Shown here one piece after another: positions 1 to 10,201 of a stretch of DNA of 64,000 nt. Numbering within the stretch: position 1 is the stretch's first letter; every line of letters starts with the position of its first letter. The translations under genes and the position numbers were made by a program. The notes beneath the pieces are model-generated. The model was not told where the DNA came from, ran no database searches, and saw only the letters and a program-made list of their open reading frames with translations. The DNA is taken from positions 1 through 64,000 of the forward strand of contig JBBIJY010000006.1 of the NCBI GenBank assembly GCA_037445735.1. The letters run 5' to 3'. Origin of the DNA: Armatimonadota bacterium. Its GTDB lineage: Bacteria > Armatimonadota > Fimbriimonadia > Fimbriimonadales > GBS-DC.

Positions 1-2
1 TA

Positions 3-27
3 CCCTCTCCCCCAGCGGGGGAGAGGG
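3..27. repeat. REP-like palindrome (CCCTCTCCC...GGGAGAGGG family)
   Basis: CCCTCTCCCCC-AGC-GGGGGAGAGGG perfect hairpin downstream of comEA; same family recurs at ~852-963, 11857-11990 and 14979-15166. Confidence 0.8.
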
Positions 28-76
28 TTTCATTGCCCCTCGCCATGAATGGCAGAGAAGGATTTTTGAGCCTTTT

Positions 77-811
77 TCACCGCACCACCACATAGGGGCG
101 AATCTGCTCCAGCCGCCTGGGACCGATGCCAGGCACATCCAGCAGCTCATCGACCGACTGGAACCGCCCGCGCAGCTTGCGATACTCGACGATGCGCCCT
201 GCCAGCACGGGACCGATGCCTGGCAGCAGCTCCAGCTCCGCCGCGCTGGCACGGTTGATATCGAGCGGGAAGCGGGCGGTCGGGGTCGATGCGTCGCTTC
301 TAACTCGTGGCGGGCGTGCGGCGACCGATGCGCCCGATTCGGCGACCTGTGTCTCACCCCGATGCGGCACATACACCTTTTGCCCGTCGCTGAGCGGCTC
401 GGCGAGATTGAGGCTCCCGGTATCGGCATCGGTTTTCGTGCCACCCGCCTTTTGCAGTGCGTCCTGCACACGACTGCCCGCAGGCAGCTCATAGAGACCG
501 GGTTGCTTCACCGCCCCCGCCACATGCACCTTGATGGTCGCACCCGCCTGCTGGCTCAGATCGATTTGCTGAACGGGCATCCCGGATGAAGGCGCTGGCA
601 ACAGCTCAGCATCGCTCGCTGGCTCTTTTGGCGTGGGCGCAGAGCTGTCAGTAAGAGCCATTGCGTCGCGCGCTTGTGCGGGCGCCATCGGCTGCGAGCC
701 GCGCCCGATGTTGTACGCAATCAGCGCGGTCAGCATCAGCGAGACGCCGTACACCGCCATCAGCCACGCCTTCTCTTTCCTGTCCAGCTTATCCCAGATA
801 GAGGGCATCAT
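77..811 (-). CDS. comEA: ComEA family DNA-binding/uptake protein (N-terminal TM, SLBB, helix-hairpin-helix)
   Basis: VHVAGAVKQPGLYEL...RVQDALQKAGG, then DINRASAAELELLPGIGPVLAGRIVEYR...VPGIG; GGAGG SD before ATG 811. The 5' extension in the ORF track is REP-derived. Confidence 0.9.
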   Translation of the reverse strand: MMPSIWDKLDRKEKAWLMAVYGVSLMLTALIAYNIGRGSQPMAPAQARDAMALTDSSAPTPKEPASDAELLPAPSSGMPVQQIDLSQQAGATIKVHVAGAVKQPGLYELPAGSRVQDALQKAGGTKTDADTGSLNLAEPLSDGQKVYVPHRGETQVAESGASVAARPPRVRSDASTPTARFPLDINRASAAELELLPGIGPVLAGRIVEYRKLRGRFQSVDELLDVPGIGPRRLEQIRPYVVVR

Positions 812-851
812 CCAACCTCCTTCAATCTCTCTCCGGAGAAGGTGTCCAAAT

Positions 852-963
852 CCCTCTCCCCCGCACGCGGGGGAGAGGGTACGGGTGAGGGGGCTTTTCA
901 CCACGCACCTGCGGATAGTCCCTCACCCCCCTTGCCCCCTCTCCCACGCTGTGGGAGAGGGGG
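852..963. repeat. Pair of REP-like palindromes in divergent intergenic region
   Basis: CCCTCTCCCCGCACGCGGGGGAGAGGGTACGGGTGAGGGG and CCCTCACCCCCCTTGCCCCCTCTCCCACGCTGTGGGAGAGGGGG. Confidence 0.8.
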
Positions 964-1070
964 TTCAGAAAGCCCTCTGTGTTTTCTATACGACATCCTC
1001 TATCCAAATCCTGCAGGGAGTCCGCATAAAACGGCGTACTACCGTGCTGATGCCTGCAGGGAGAGAATCG

Positions 1071-2630
1071 ATGCGACGGTACGTGCTGATTGCATGGCTG
1101 CTAACGCTCCTGACGCTCGGATGGGCGCAGGAGGGCGCCTTTGTCGAAGGCGTGGTCTATCACGACCGCAACCGCAACGGTGTCCGCGATGCGGACGAGC
1201 CCGGTATCCCCGATGTGCTGGTCTCCAACCAGCGCGAGGTGGTGCGCACCGACTCGAGGGGGCGCTATCGGCTGCCTGTCGGGGACGACACGATCATTTT
1301 TGTGATCAAGCCGCGCGGCTGGATGACCGCGCTGGATCGGGATAATGTGCCCCGCTTCTACTATGTTCACAAGCCGAACGGCTCGCCGCTGGTTGCCTAT
1401 ATGGGCGTCGCGCCCACGGGACCTCTGCCCGAATCGCTCGACTTCCCGCTCTATCCCCAGCGCGAGTCGAACCGCTTCACGGTGCTGGTGTTCGGCGATA
1501 CCCAGCCGCGCGATTTGCGTGAGGTGGGCTATATTGCGCACGCCGTGCTGCGGGAGCTGATTGGCACACGCGAGGCGGTGCTGGGCATCGTGCTGGGCGA
1601 TGTGGTGTTCGATGACCTGACGGTGATGCAGCCGCTGGCGCGCGCCATCGGGCGTATCGGTATCCCCTTCTACTATGTGCTGGGCAACCACGATATGAAC
1701 TACGACTCGCCCGATGACCGCTACAGCGATGAAACCTGGGAGCGCGTGTTCGGACCGAACTACTATGCGTTTCAGTACGGGCATGTGCATTTGATCGCGC
1801 TGGACGATGTGGTGTGGGAAGGTGCGCGCGAGGGTCGGCGCGGGCGCTATCGGGCAGGGCTGGGCGAGCGACAGATCGAGTTCCTTCGCAACTATCTCCG
1901 GCATGTGCCGCGCCGCGACTGGGTGGTGCTGTGCATGCATATCCCGATGTGGGAGTGGCCCGAAGAGGAGCGGCGGGCGGTGTTCGAAATGCTCGCGCCG
2001 TTCCCGCACACGCTCTCCTTCTCCGCCCATACCCATTTTCAGACCCAGCGCTTTTTTGGCGAGTCGGATGGCTGGCGCGGGCGTGAACCGCACCTGCACT
2101 GGAACGCGGGCACCGTGTGCGGCAGCTGGTGGACAGGCGCACCCGACCCCGTCGGCATCCCGCACACCACCATGCGCGATGGCACGCCCAACGGCTACCT
2201 GTGGGTCACCTTCGACCGCCATCGATTCCGCATCCGCTATCAGGTCGCCCGACGCCCGCCCGATTACCAGATGAACATCTACCTGCCCGACGCCATCCCG
2301 CAAAATCAGCTCGCGAACACGGAGGTGCTGGTGAATGTGTTTGCGGGTTCCGAGCGCTCCCTCGTGGAGATGCGGGTCGGTGAGACGGGCGACTGGATAC
2401 GGCTTGCCCCTGTGCGCGATCGGGTGGACCCTGCCTATGCCGAACTGAAGCGGCTGGAGAGCGAATACAGGCTGCCCGGCCGCACGCTGCCTGGCTCGAT
2501 GCCCTGCCCGCACTTGTGGGGCGGACATCTGCCCGCCAACCTCCCGCGCGGCACCCATGTGCTGTATGTGAGAACCACCGACATGTTCGGTCAAACCTTT
2601 CTCGATAAACGCCTGTTCCGGGTGGAGTGA
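1071..2630 (+). CDS. Secreted calcineurin-like metallophosphoesterase with N- and C-terminal accessory domains
   Basis: Signal peptide MRRYVLIAWLL..AQ; motifs GDTQ, GDVVFD, GNHD, HIP, AHTH; GSWW...DGTPNGY. Confidence 0.85.
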   Translation: MRRYVLIAWLLTLLTLGWAQEGAFVEGVVYHDRNRNGVRDADEPGIPDVLVSNQREVVRTDSRGRYRLPVGDDTIIFVIKPRGWMTALDRDNVPRFYYVHKPNGSPLVAYMGVAPTGPLPESLDFPLYPQRESNRFTVLVFGDTQPRDLREVGYIAHAVLRELIGTREAVLGIVLGDVVFDDLTVMQPLARAIGRIGIPFYYVLGNHDMNYDSPDDRYSDETWERVFGPNYYAFQYGHVHLIALDDVVWEGAREGRRGRYRAGLGERQIEFLRNYLRHVPRRDWVVLCMHIPMWEWPEEERRAVFEMLAPFPHTLSFSAHTHFQTQRFFGESDGWRGREPHLHWNAGTVCGSWWTGAPDPVGIPHTTMRDGTPNGYLWVTFDRHRFRIRYQVARRPPDYQMNIYLPDAIPQNQLANTEVLVNVFAGSERSLVEMRVGETGDWIRLAPVRDRVDPAYAELKRLESEYRLPGRTLPGSMPCPHLWGGHLPANLPRGTHVLYVRTTDMFGQTFLDKRLFRVE

Positions 2631-2644
2631 AACATTTGCCGACA

Positions 2645-4225
2645 TCAATAGCGAAGCCGCCAGATGAGGAACACGCCATCCACATGGCGGCTCCGATAGA
2701 CTTCATCTGCCCGATAGAGCCACACAGGTTCCGAATGGACACCATAAAGATAGCTGTAATAGATCAGTCGCGTTCGCTCGTAATCGCCGCGTATCACCTC
2801 TTCAGGATTGCCGAAACTCCGATAATGGGTCGGGAATAGATAAGGGTTCACCGCATGCTGAACCAGATACTTTACCTTCCTGGCTTTCAGATAGGCGTTG
2901 AGCCGCCGCTCCTTCAGCACAGTTTGATACTCAAGGTCGTTGACCAGGCCGTCCAGATTGATGACCCGCCGCTCGGAGAAGTAGCCAAACGCACCCGCAT
3001 CTTTCATGGCGAACACATCATCGGGCGCCGTGTGCCGACGCGCCCACAAAGCCGCACGATAGGCAGCCTGCGTCCACACCTCACCCGCCGAACGATAGGG
3101 CGGCGACATGAAAGCAACTGCCAGCGACATCAGAGCAAGCGTGAAACCCACCCCCTCGCGCAAAATCGCCACACTCATAAATCGGTGCAAAATGAGCGGC
3201 AGCGCGAAGACAAGCAGTATCCAGTAGGCAACAAAGTGCCAGTTGAAAACGCCCCACTTCATCCACAAGCCTGTGTGCAACCAGTGCAATCCACAGCCCA
3301 GCCACCAGCAGATGAGCAAAAAAGCGATCGAATCTCTCGCAAAATCTCTGAAATAGAGTATAAAGTAGATCAGTCCCGACAGCAGTGGCAAATAGACCTT
3401 CCAGCTAATGCGATTGAACGAAAAATCGACATCCGTCAGGTAGGGAAAGGTGCTCTTCAGCTTGCCGCTGATGGGCATAAAATCCCCAAAGTAAAGTTTA
3501 TTGAACAGCAGATAGGGTGCAAGCAGCAGGCATAGCCCTATCGCGAACAGTGCCACTCTCTGCAAGCGTATCCCGGTGGGCAACTCCCGTGCGAACATCA
3601 GATAAGCCACCGCCATCACCAGAAAAATAAAAATGGTGTCCAGCCGCGCCAGCACCAGCAAGCCCATCCATACACCCAGAACCAGCCAGTCCCTGCCCGA
3701 CAGCGCCGCCAGCGAGGGACGCCGCGCAAGCCAGAACAGCATCAGTGAACCCACCAGCAGAATCACGGGCGACTCCATCCCGTTGATGAGATAGGGGCGA
3801 GCAATCAGCACAATCAGCGCGTTTGTCAGCGCCAGAGTCGGCAAAGCCCACCGACGCCAGCAAGCCCCATTAATCAGGGTCAGCGCCGCCAGCACGATCA
3901 GGCACTGGTATATCAGCACGCACCGAAAGAACGCCTCCGTCGAGAGCGACTGCCCTATGGCAGCGAGCGGGATCAACATCAGCAGCCACAGCGGATGCAC
4001 GCCGTTCGTCTGGCTGAACTGATCAAATGAAAAACCGTATCCCGCCACCAAATTGCGGGCGATTTTTATGTAATAGAACCCATCATCTGAAGCCAGCGGA
4101 ATAATCTGCAGAATGGGACTGTACCCGATAAGAAAGATATAAGCTAAAAGATAGATATAGGCAGTGGCAATCATCAGCTGGCTGATTCGGCTCGCGCTCA
4201 GCGTGAGTGTAGATGCCTGTCCCAT
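2645..4225 (-). CDS. Multi-pass membrane protein, GT-C/glycosyltransferase-39-like
   Basis: DDGFYYIKIARN..G.GFSFD...TNGVHPLW, GMES, LARLD, DAGAFGYFSERRVINLDGLVN; many TM segments; paralog at 60070-61648. Confidence 0.65.
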   Translation of the reverse strand: MGQASTLTLSASRISQLMIATAYIYLLAYIFLIGYSPILQIIPLASDDGFYYIKIARNLVAGYGFSFDQFSQTNGVHPLWLLMLIPLAAIGQSLSTEAFFRCVLIYQCLIVLAALTLINGACWRRWALPTLALTNALIVLIARPYLINGMESPVILLVGSLMLFWLARRPSLAALSGRDWLVLGVWMGLLVLARLDTIFIFLVMAVAYLMFARELPTGIRLQRVALFAIGLCLLLAPYLLFNKLYFGDFMPISGKLKSTFPYLTDVDFSFNRISWKVYLPLLSGLIYFILYFRDFARDSIAFLLICWWLGCGLHWLHTGLWMKWGVFNWHFVAYWILLVFALPLILHRFMSVAILREGVGFTLALMSLAVAFMSPPYRSAGEVWTQAAYRAALWARRHTAPDDVFAMKDAGAFGYFSERRVINLDGLVNDLEYQTVLKERRLNAYLKARKVKYLVQHAVNPYLFPTHYRSFGNPEEVIRGDYERTRLIYYSYLYGVHSEPVWLYRADEVYRSRHVDGVFLIWRLRY

Positions 4226-4295
4226 TCCTGCCTCCTGTGATGCGCAACTGGCGTTGACTGGCAGGAATTGTACCATACCCGCGAACTTTATTGAT

Positions 4296-5609
4296 ATGCC
4301 ATCGCTGGACACTTTGCGGCAGCTGGTGCGCGATGAGGTTATCCAGCGCACCGAAGAGGGTGTTGACACGACAGGCGCTCTGGAGCGCTGGGAGCAAGCG
4401 CAGGATGCCGACGCGCTCTGGCAGCTCTACTGGGAGCTGCAGGCGTTGCCCCTTCGTGCCGATTTTCCCTATCGCGAGCCGATGGCGCTGGATGCTATCC
4501 GCGCCGAGCGCGAGGCAAGCCTCCGGGCGCTGCCACTCACACTCAGCGAGCTGGAGCTGCACGATCGGCTCTATGGCGCGTGGCTGGGGCGCGTCGCAGG
4601 CTGTATGCTGGGCAAGCCGGTGGAAGGCTGGCGCCACGAGCGAATCCGCCGCTATCTGGAGGGCGCCGATGCCTACCCGCTGCGCGACTACTTCCCGCCC
4701 GAAAGCCGCACCCCACCTGAGGGCATACCCCAGCCCTACACCTACTGCACGAAAGGGTACTTCGAAGGCGGCAAGCGCGACGACGACACCGACTACACCC
4801 TGCTGGCGCTGCTGATTGTTGAACGATACGGCGCGGCGTTCAGCACCCAGCAGGTGGGCGAGATGTGGCTCCACTATTTGCCAGCGCACCAGACCTGCAC
4901 GGCGGAACGGCGCGCCTATATCAACCTGCTGAACGAGCGGCCACTCAGTGAGGTGCCCGTTTATCTCAATCCCTATCGCGAGTGGATTGGCGCGCGCATT
5001 CGCGCCGACTTCTGGGGCTATGTGGCGCCCGGCATGCCTGAACGGGCAGCCGAGTTCGCCTATCGCGACGCCGCGCTCTCCCATGTGAAAAACGGCGTCT
5101 ACAGCGCGATGTTCACCGCCGCGATGATCGCCGCCGCCTTCGCCACGCCCGATATCGAGCAGATTATTCAGGCGGGTCTGGCGCAGATTCCCACCAGAAG
5201 CCGCGAAGCCGAGATGGTGCGCGACTGCCTGCGCTGGCGCGGTGAATGCCGCGACTGGCAGGAGGCGTTCGCGCGCATGCAGGAACGCTTCTACGGGCGC
5301 TATGCATGGGTTCACGCCATCAACAACGACGCAATTGTGCTGAACGCGCTGCTGTGGGGCTGGCCTGACTTCGAGCAGGTGATCACCATCGCGGTGATGC
5401 AGGGGCTGGACACCGACTGCAACGGCGCGACGGCAGGCAGCATCTGGGGCGCCGCCTTCGGCGCCCGCCAGCTACCAGCCCGATGGATCGAACCGCTCCA
5501 TGACCAGCTGGAGAGCGCGCTCTCAGGCTGCTGCCATAACCGTATCAGCGAACTCTCAACCCGCACCTTCCAGCAGGCGAAACATATCCTCTCCGCAGCA
5601 CACGATTAA
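4296..5609 (+). CDS. ADP-ribosylglycohydrolase family protein
   Basis: RLYGAWLGR..GCMLGKPVEG, DDDTDY, IGARIRAD, GLDTDCNGATAGS. Confidence 0.85.
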   Translation: MPSLDTLRQLVRDEVIQRTEEGVDTTGALERWEQAQDADALWQLYWELQALPLRADFPYREPMALDAIRAEREASLRALPLTLSELELHDRLYGAWLGRVAGCMLGKPVEGWRHERIRRYLEGADAYPLRDYFPPESRTPPEGIPQPYTYCTKGYFEGGKRDDDTDYTLLALLIVERYGAAFSTQQVGEMWLHYLPAHQTCTAERRAYINLLNERPLSEVPVYLNPYREWIGARIRADFWGYVAPGMPERAAEFAYRDAALSHVKNGVYSAMFTAAMIAAAFATPDIEQIIQAGLAQIPTRSREAEMVRDCLRWRGECRDWQEAFARMQERFYGRYAWVHAINNDAIVLNALLWGWPDFEQVITIAVMQGLDTDCNGATAGSIWGAAFGARQLPARWIEPLHDQLESALSGCCHNRISELSTRTFQQAKHILSAAHD

Positions 5610-5663
5610 GCAGGAATCGGCGAACAGGCTTCCTAATTAATGCCTGTGAAGGAGGTGTGAGCT

Positions 5664-5924
5664 GTGCAATTCGTCACACTTGCCAAAGCGGTGCCTGGTC
5701 GGGCGCGGGAACTGTTCGGAAGCGGGCTGTCGCAGATTAGCACCCTCGCTGCTCAGCATGGGGTGCAGGTGCAGGTGGCGGTGATCACCTATGGTCAATA
5801 TGACCTTGTAGCCGTGTGGTCCGCTTCGGATCAGGCGACGGCGAACCGATTCCTGCGGGCAGTCGCAGAAACCGGTCTGCTCATGACCGACACGATGCTG
5901 GCAGTTCCTGTTGAAAGCTTTTAG
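5664..5924 (+). CDS. GYD domain protein
   Basis: 86 aa, TYGQYDLV motif; AGGAGG SD before GTG start. Confidence 0.7.
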   Translation: MQFVTLAKAVPGRARELFGSGLSQISTLAAQHGVQVQVAVITYGQYDLVAVWSASDQATANRFLRAVAETGLLMTDTMLAVPVESF

Positions 5925-6772
5925 AGACTCTGTACAAACGCTGTCAGAGCCTCCTGCCAGTGGCGGAGGGGGGTTATGCCGACCCACTCCAGTCGCCATG
6001 AGATGAGCGCGGAATAGCGCGGGCGCGGCGCGGGAGTCTGCCACTGCGCCAGCGGAAGCGGCTGTAAGCGTACAGGCAAGCCCACCAGCTGCAGCAGCGC
6101 CTGCGCAAATTCATAGCGCGAAACGGGACCCGCGTTCGTCAGGTGATAGGTTCCATACGCATCGGTGGCAATCAGCGCGAGCAGGCAATCGGCGACATCC
6201 GCTGTGCAGGTCGGCGAGCCAATCTGGTCGGCAATCACGGTGGGCGTCTCGCCTGCCCGCACACGCTCCAGAATGAAATGCGGGAAGCTTCTGCCGTGCG
6301 TGCCGTAGAGCCATGCGGTGCGGATGATGTAATGGCGCGGGCAGAGGGCGCGCACCGCCTGCTCGCCCGCATATTTGGAGCGCCCGTACACGCTCAGCGG
6401 GTTCGGCGCGTCATACTCGTGGTAGGGGCTGCCTTTCGCGCCGTCAAACACATAGTCGGTGGAGATGGCGACACAAATCGCACCTGTACGCTGGCAGTGA
6501 GCGGCAATCAGCTCCGTGCCGAAGGCGTTCACCTGATACGCCCGCTGGGGCTGGCGCTCGCAGGCGTCCACACTGGTCATCGCCGCGCAGTGGATGACCA
6601 CCTCGGGCTGATACTGGTCGAACACCGCGCGCACCTGTTGCGGGTTCGTGATGTCCATCGGCACGAGCGACGGCTTGCGCCCTGTGGGGATGACCGCATG
6701 CCCCGCCTGTCGGAACCGTTCGGTGATCTCCGCACCCAGCATTCCGCCCGCGCCCGTAATCAGCACCTTCAT
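5921..6772 (-). CDS. rfbD: dTDP-4-dehydrorhamnose reductase
   Basis: ITGAGGMLG, ISTDYVFDG, YGRSK, DQIGSPT, APRPRYS; ATG overlaps uppP stop. Confidence 0.93.
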   Translation of the reverse strand: MKVLITGAGGMLGAEITERFRQAGHAVIPTGRKPSLVPMDITNPQQVRAVFDQYQPEVVIHCAAMTSVDACERQPQRAYQVNAFGTELIAAHCQRTGAICVAISTDYVFDGAKGSPYHEYDAPNPLSVYGRSKYAGEQAVRALCPRHYIIRTAWLYGTHGRSFPHFILERVRAGETPTVIADQIGSPTCTADVADCLLALIATDAYGTYHLTNAGPVSRYEFAQALLQLVGLPVRLQPLPLAQWQTPAPRPRYSALISWRLEWVGITPLRHWQEALTAFVQSL

Positions 6773-7593
6773 TTCAGCCCGACCGTTGCGATTCGAATCA
6801 GCGTGGCGACGCCCACGCCCGCGCGATAGACCACAAAGGGCATCAGCGAACCTGTGCGCAGATAGCGCAGCAGGAACGCGATGCACAGCCAGCCGACCAC
6901 CATCGAGGTGAGCGCGCCTGCAAGCATCGGCACCGCCATCCGGGAGGGTAGACCCTCCTGCAGCACATGGCGGAAGGACCATACTGCCGCGCCGAAGGTG
7001 ATGGGCGTCGCCAGCAGGAAGGAGAACCGCGCCGCCGCTTCGCGCTGAAGCCCCAGCATCAACCCCGCGATTATCGTAATGCCCGACCGCGAGAAGCCCG
7101 GTATCAGCGCGAACGCCTGCGCAATACCAATCAGCAGCCCATCCAGCAGCCCGATCGATTCCAGCATACGGGTTTTGCGTCCCAGCCGGTCCGCCAGCGC
7201 CATCAGCATGCCGACGCCTATCAGCAGCCCGCTGATGAGCGCATACTGCTCCCGAAAAAAGTTCTCGATGGCGTTCTCAAAGAGTGCGCCGGCAAGCGCA
7301 GCAGGAATGCAGCCAATCAGAATGCTCCATGCGAGCCGACGCTCCACCATGCGCTCGTGCTGGCGCGAGAAGAGCGCGCTCGCCAGCCTCACCAGATCGC
7401 GCCAGAAATAGAGCACAATCGCCAGCAGCGTGCCCACATGCAGCGCCACATCGAACATCAACTCCGCCTGCGGATTGCCAATCTCCCAGCCGAACCAGTA
7501 GCGCATCAATATCAGGTGCGCCGAACTGGAAATGGGCAGAAACTCCGTGACGCCCTGCAGAATACCCAGCCAGATTGCCTGCATCAGCTCCAA
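6769..7593 (-). CDS. uppP: Undecaprenyl-diphosphatase (BacA/UppP)
   Basis: GILQGVTEFLPISSSAH, HVGTLLA, PGFSRSG, AARFSFLL. Confidence 0.95.
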   Translation of the reverse strand: MELMQAIWLGILQGVTEFLPISSSAHLILMRYWFGWEIGNPQAELMFDVALHVGTLLAIVLYFWRDLVRLASALFSRQHERMVERRLAWSILIGCIPAALAGALFENAIENFFREQYALISGLLIGVGMLMALADRLGRKTRMLESIGLLDGLLIGIAQAFALIPGFSRSGITIIAGLMLGLQREAAARFSFLLATPITFGAAVWSFRHVLQEGLPSRMAVPMLAGALTSMVVGWLCIAFLLRYLRTGSLMPFVVYRAGVGVATLIRIATVGLK

Positions 7594-7612
7594 GTTTTAT
7601 GCCTCCATGCCG

Positions 7613-8782
7613 TTATGTTCCCCGTGATCCCGCTGTTTCCGCGGTTTCCAGCACCACGAGACGGTGGACGCGCGGTCGCCGTCGCGCCCGCCGCCGCTGC
7701 TCAATCACCACATTGCGCACGATCACCGCCACAGGCACGCCAAAAAACATGCCCATCAGCCCAAAAAAGCTGCCGCTCACCAGCAGCACCACAATCACCA
7801 GCACAGGGTGCAGATCAACTCTATCGCCAATAATCTTGGGCATAATCATCTTATGCTCAATCAGGAAGAGGGCGGTCATGAAGATGGTGGCTTTGATGGC
7901 AAGCCCAAGACCGCCTAACAGTCCCGCCATCGCCACAATGGGCACGGCGGCGACCACGGGACCAATCACGGGGATGGCGCGGGCGATGCCGGCGAACAGC
8001 GCGAGCGTCGCCGCATACTTGACGCCCATCCATTGCAAGCCGAGCCAGGTGGCAATCCCCGCAATCACGCCCAGAATGAGCTGTCCCACGATGTACCCAC
8101 GCATCACACGGTTCGTCTCCTGCATCGCGTGCAGGGTCAGGCGCAGGTAGCGCGGCGGGATCAGGCGAAGGGTCTCCCGCTTGAGCCGATGCGAATCGAA
8201 CAGCAGATAGAAGACCACCACCGGGATCAGAAACAGCTCCACAATGAAGGCAATCCACGCGCCTGTGCTTCGCAGCACCTGTTGCAAGCCTTTCTGCAGG
8301 CTGACCGAGGTGCCCTCCAGCGATTTGACCAGTGCCTCATGCTGCTGATCAACCCACTGTTGTGCCTGCGGCGGCAAACCGTTGTACCATTGCTGATAGC
8401 GTGCCTGCCAGTCGGTGAGTGTTTCGCGAATGCGCCCCTCATAGCGCGGTAAATCGTTCAGAAAGTCGCGCGTCTCACGCACGAACGGCGTGACGAACGC
8501 CACCGTCGACAGCACCACCACGCCAATAAAAGCCAGCACGACCATCAGACTGACCACACCCCGCCAGAAGAGCGGACTCATCAGCGGCGGACGCCAGCGC
8601 GAGAGCCAGTCCACCAGTGGAATCAGCAGGTAAGCAATCGCACCGCAGATAAACATGAGGCTGATCACATGGCGCACCACATACAGCACATAGAGCGCCA
8701 GCCCAATCAGCGCCAGCGTGATGAGCAACCAGAGCGCCCGACTTGCCCAATCGCCCGCCGGATTCGGTTCCCGCTTCTCCAT
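7613..8782 (-). CDS. AI-2E family transporter (PerM-like)
   Basis: AYLLIPLVDWL, GYIVGQLIL, IPVIGP, MPKIIGDRVDLHP...GMFFGVP; true start MEKREP at 8782. Confidence 0.85.
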   Translation of the reverse strand: MEKREPNPAGDWASRALWLLITLALIGLALYVLYVVRHVISLMFICGAIAYLLIPLVDWLSRWRPPLMSPLFWRGVVSLMVVLAFIGVVVLSTVAFVTPFVRETRDFLNDLPRYEGRIRETLTDWQARYQQWYNGLPPQAQQWVDQQHEALVKSLEGTSVSLQKGLQQVLRSTGAWIAFIVELFLIPVVVFYLLFDSHRLKRETLRLIPPRYLRLTLHAMQETNRVMRGYIVGQLILGVIAGIATWLGLQWMGVKYAATLALFAGIARAIPVIGPVVAAVPIVAMAGLLGGLGLAIKATIFMTALFLIEHKMIMPKIIGDRVDLHPVLVIVVLLVSGSFFGLMGMFFGVPVAVIVRNVVIEQRRRARRRPRVHRLVVLETAETAGSRGT

Positions 8783-8817
8783 CTGAGATGGGGTGATTAT
8801 ACCTCGCCCCCGACCCC

Positions 8818-8848
8818 TTGACAGCTCGGTAGAGCATGCAGGTATAAT
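8818..8848 (+). promoter_or_regulatory. Sigma70-type promoter of tRNA-Glu
   Basis: TTGACA (8818-8823), 19-nt spacer, TATAAT (8843-8848), 15 nt before the tRNA. Confidence 0.65.
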
Positions 8849-8863
8849 CGAGTCGCTTGCGGT

Positions 8864-8940
8864 GGGGCCATGGTCTAGGGGACTAGGACGCCTGGTTTTC
8901 AGCCAGGAGGACGGGGGTTCGAATCCCCCTGGCCCTACCA
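8864..8940 (+). tRNA. tRNA-Glu (TTC)
   Basis: Acceptor GGGGCCA/TGGCCCT, anticodon arm CCTGG-TTTTCAG-CCAGG, T arm GGGGG-TTCGAAT-CCCCC, encoded CCA. Confidence 0.95.
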
Positions 8941-8989
8941 GTTTTTTATTTGCCTCAGGTATAATCCCGCCGCACAGGGGAGCGCAGGG

Positions 8990-10144
8990 ATGAAACTGCA
9001 CGAATATCAGGCGAAACAGATTCTGCAGGATGTGGGCTTGCCCGTGCCAAGGGGCGAGGTGGTCAGCAGCCCTGAAGGCGCCCGCGCCGTCGCGGAACGG
9101 CTGGGCACGCGCGTGGTGGTCAAAGCGCAGGTGCATATGGGCGGGCGCGGCAAAGCGGGCGGCATCAAAATCGCCAGCACGCCCGACGAAGCAGCTCAGG
9201 CAGCCCAGCAAATCCTCGGCAAACGGCTCATCTCCCCACAGAACCCGCAGGGACTCGTCGCCGAAACCGTGCTGGTCGAAGAAGCCATCGACATCCAGCG
9301 CGAGCTTTACATCGGCATCACGGTCGATCGCACACGCCAGCGCAACGCCCTGATGGTCAGCCAGTTCGGTGGGATGGACATCGAAGAGATCGCCGCGAGC
9401 CACCCCGACGCGATTGCCACCGTCGCGATTGACCCCTTTCTGGGCTTGACCGACTACCAGGCGCGGCAGGTGCTGTACGATGCGGGACTGGACACCGAGC
9501 TGACCCGCAAGTTGACACCCATTTTGCAGGGGCTGTATCGGGCTTATATGGCGTGCGATGCGAACCTTGCCGAGATCAATCCCTGTGCGCTCACCGCCGA
9601 TGGGCAGGTGATGGTTGCCGACGCCAAAATCACCATCGACGATAACGCGCTGTTCCGCCAGAAGCGGCTGGCAATCTATCGTGAGGAGAGCGCGGAAGAC
9701 CCCATCGAGGCGGAGGCACAACAGCGTGGCGTCGCCTATGTGCGGCTGGGCGGCAATATCGGCATCATCGGCAACGGCGCAGGGCTGGTGATGTGTACCG
9801 TCGATGAGGTCGCACGCGCGGGGGGCAAACCCGCCAACTTCCTCGACATCGGTGGCGGCGCTAAGGCTGATCAGGTGCGAAACGCCGTCGAAATTGTGCT
9901 GATGGACCCGAATGTGAAGGGGCTGCTCTTCAACATCTTTGGCGGCATCACGCGCGGGGATGAGGTCGCACGCGGCATTCTGGAAGCGCTGCAGGCGATG
10001 AATATCTCCATCCCGATTGTGGTTCGGCTGACAGGCACGCGCGCGGCGGAAGGGCTGGCATTGCTGCAGGGCACGCCGCTCATCCCCGCCGAAACGATGC
10101 AGGAAGCCGCCCGCAAAATCGTCGAGCTGGCAGGCAGCGCATAG
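8990..10144 (+). CDS. sucC: Succinyl-CoA synthetase beta subunit
   Basis: MKLHEYQAK, KAQVHMGGRGKAGG, GNGAGLVM, PANFLDIGGGA, NIFGGITRGD. Confidence 0.95.
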   Translation: MKLHEYQAKQILQDVGLPVPRGEVVSSPEGARAVAERLGTRVVVKAQVHMGGRGKAGGIKIASTPDEAAQAAQQILGKRLISPQNPQGLVAETVLVEEAIDIQRELYIGITVDRTRQRNALMVSQFGGMDIEEIAASHPDAIATVAIDPFLGLTDYQARQVLYDAGLDTELTRKLTPILQGLYRAYMACDANLAEINPCALTADGQVMVADAKITIDDNALFRQKRLAIYREESAEDPIEAEAQQRGVAYVRLGGNIGIIGNGAGLVMCTVDEVARAGGKPANFLDIGGGAKADQVRNAVEIVLMDPNVKGLLFNIFGGITRGDEVARGILEALQAMNISIPIVVRLTGTRAAEGLALLQGTPLIPAETMQEAARKIVELAGSA

Positions 10145-10201
10145 CTTCCGAAACGCCATAGCCGACAGGAAACGCCCTGTTAGAGGCGAACTGGTAAAGC
10201 T

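Noticed and set aside
8864-8940. tRNA-Glu as an integration site
   Set aside because: No integrase and no duplicated tRNA 3' end seen; flanking genes are housekeeping.
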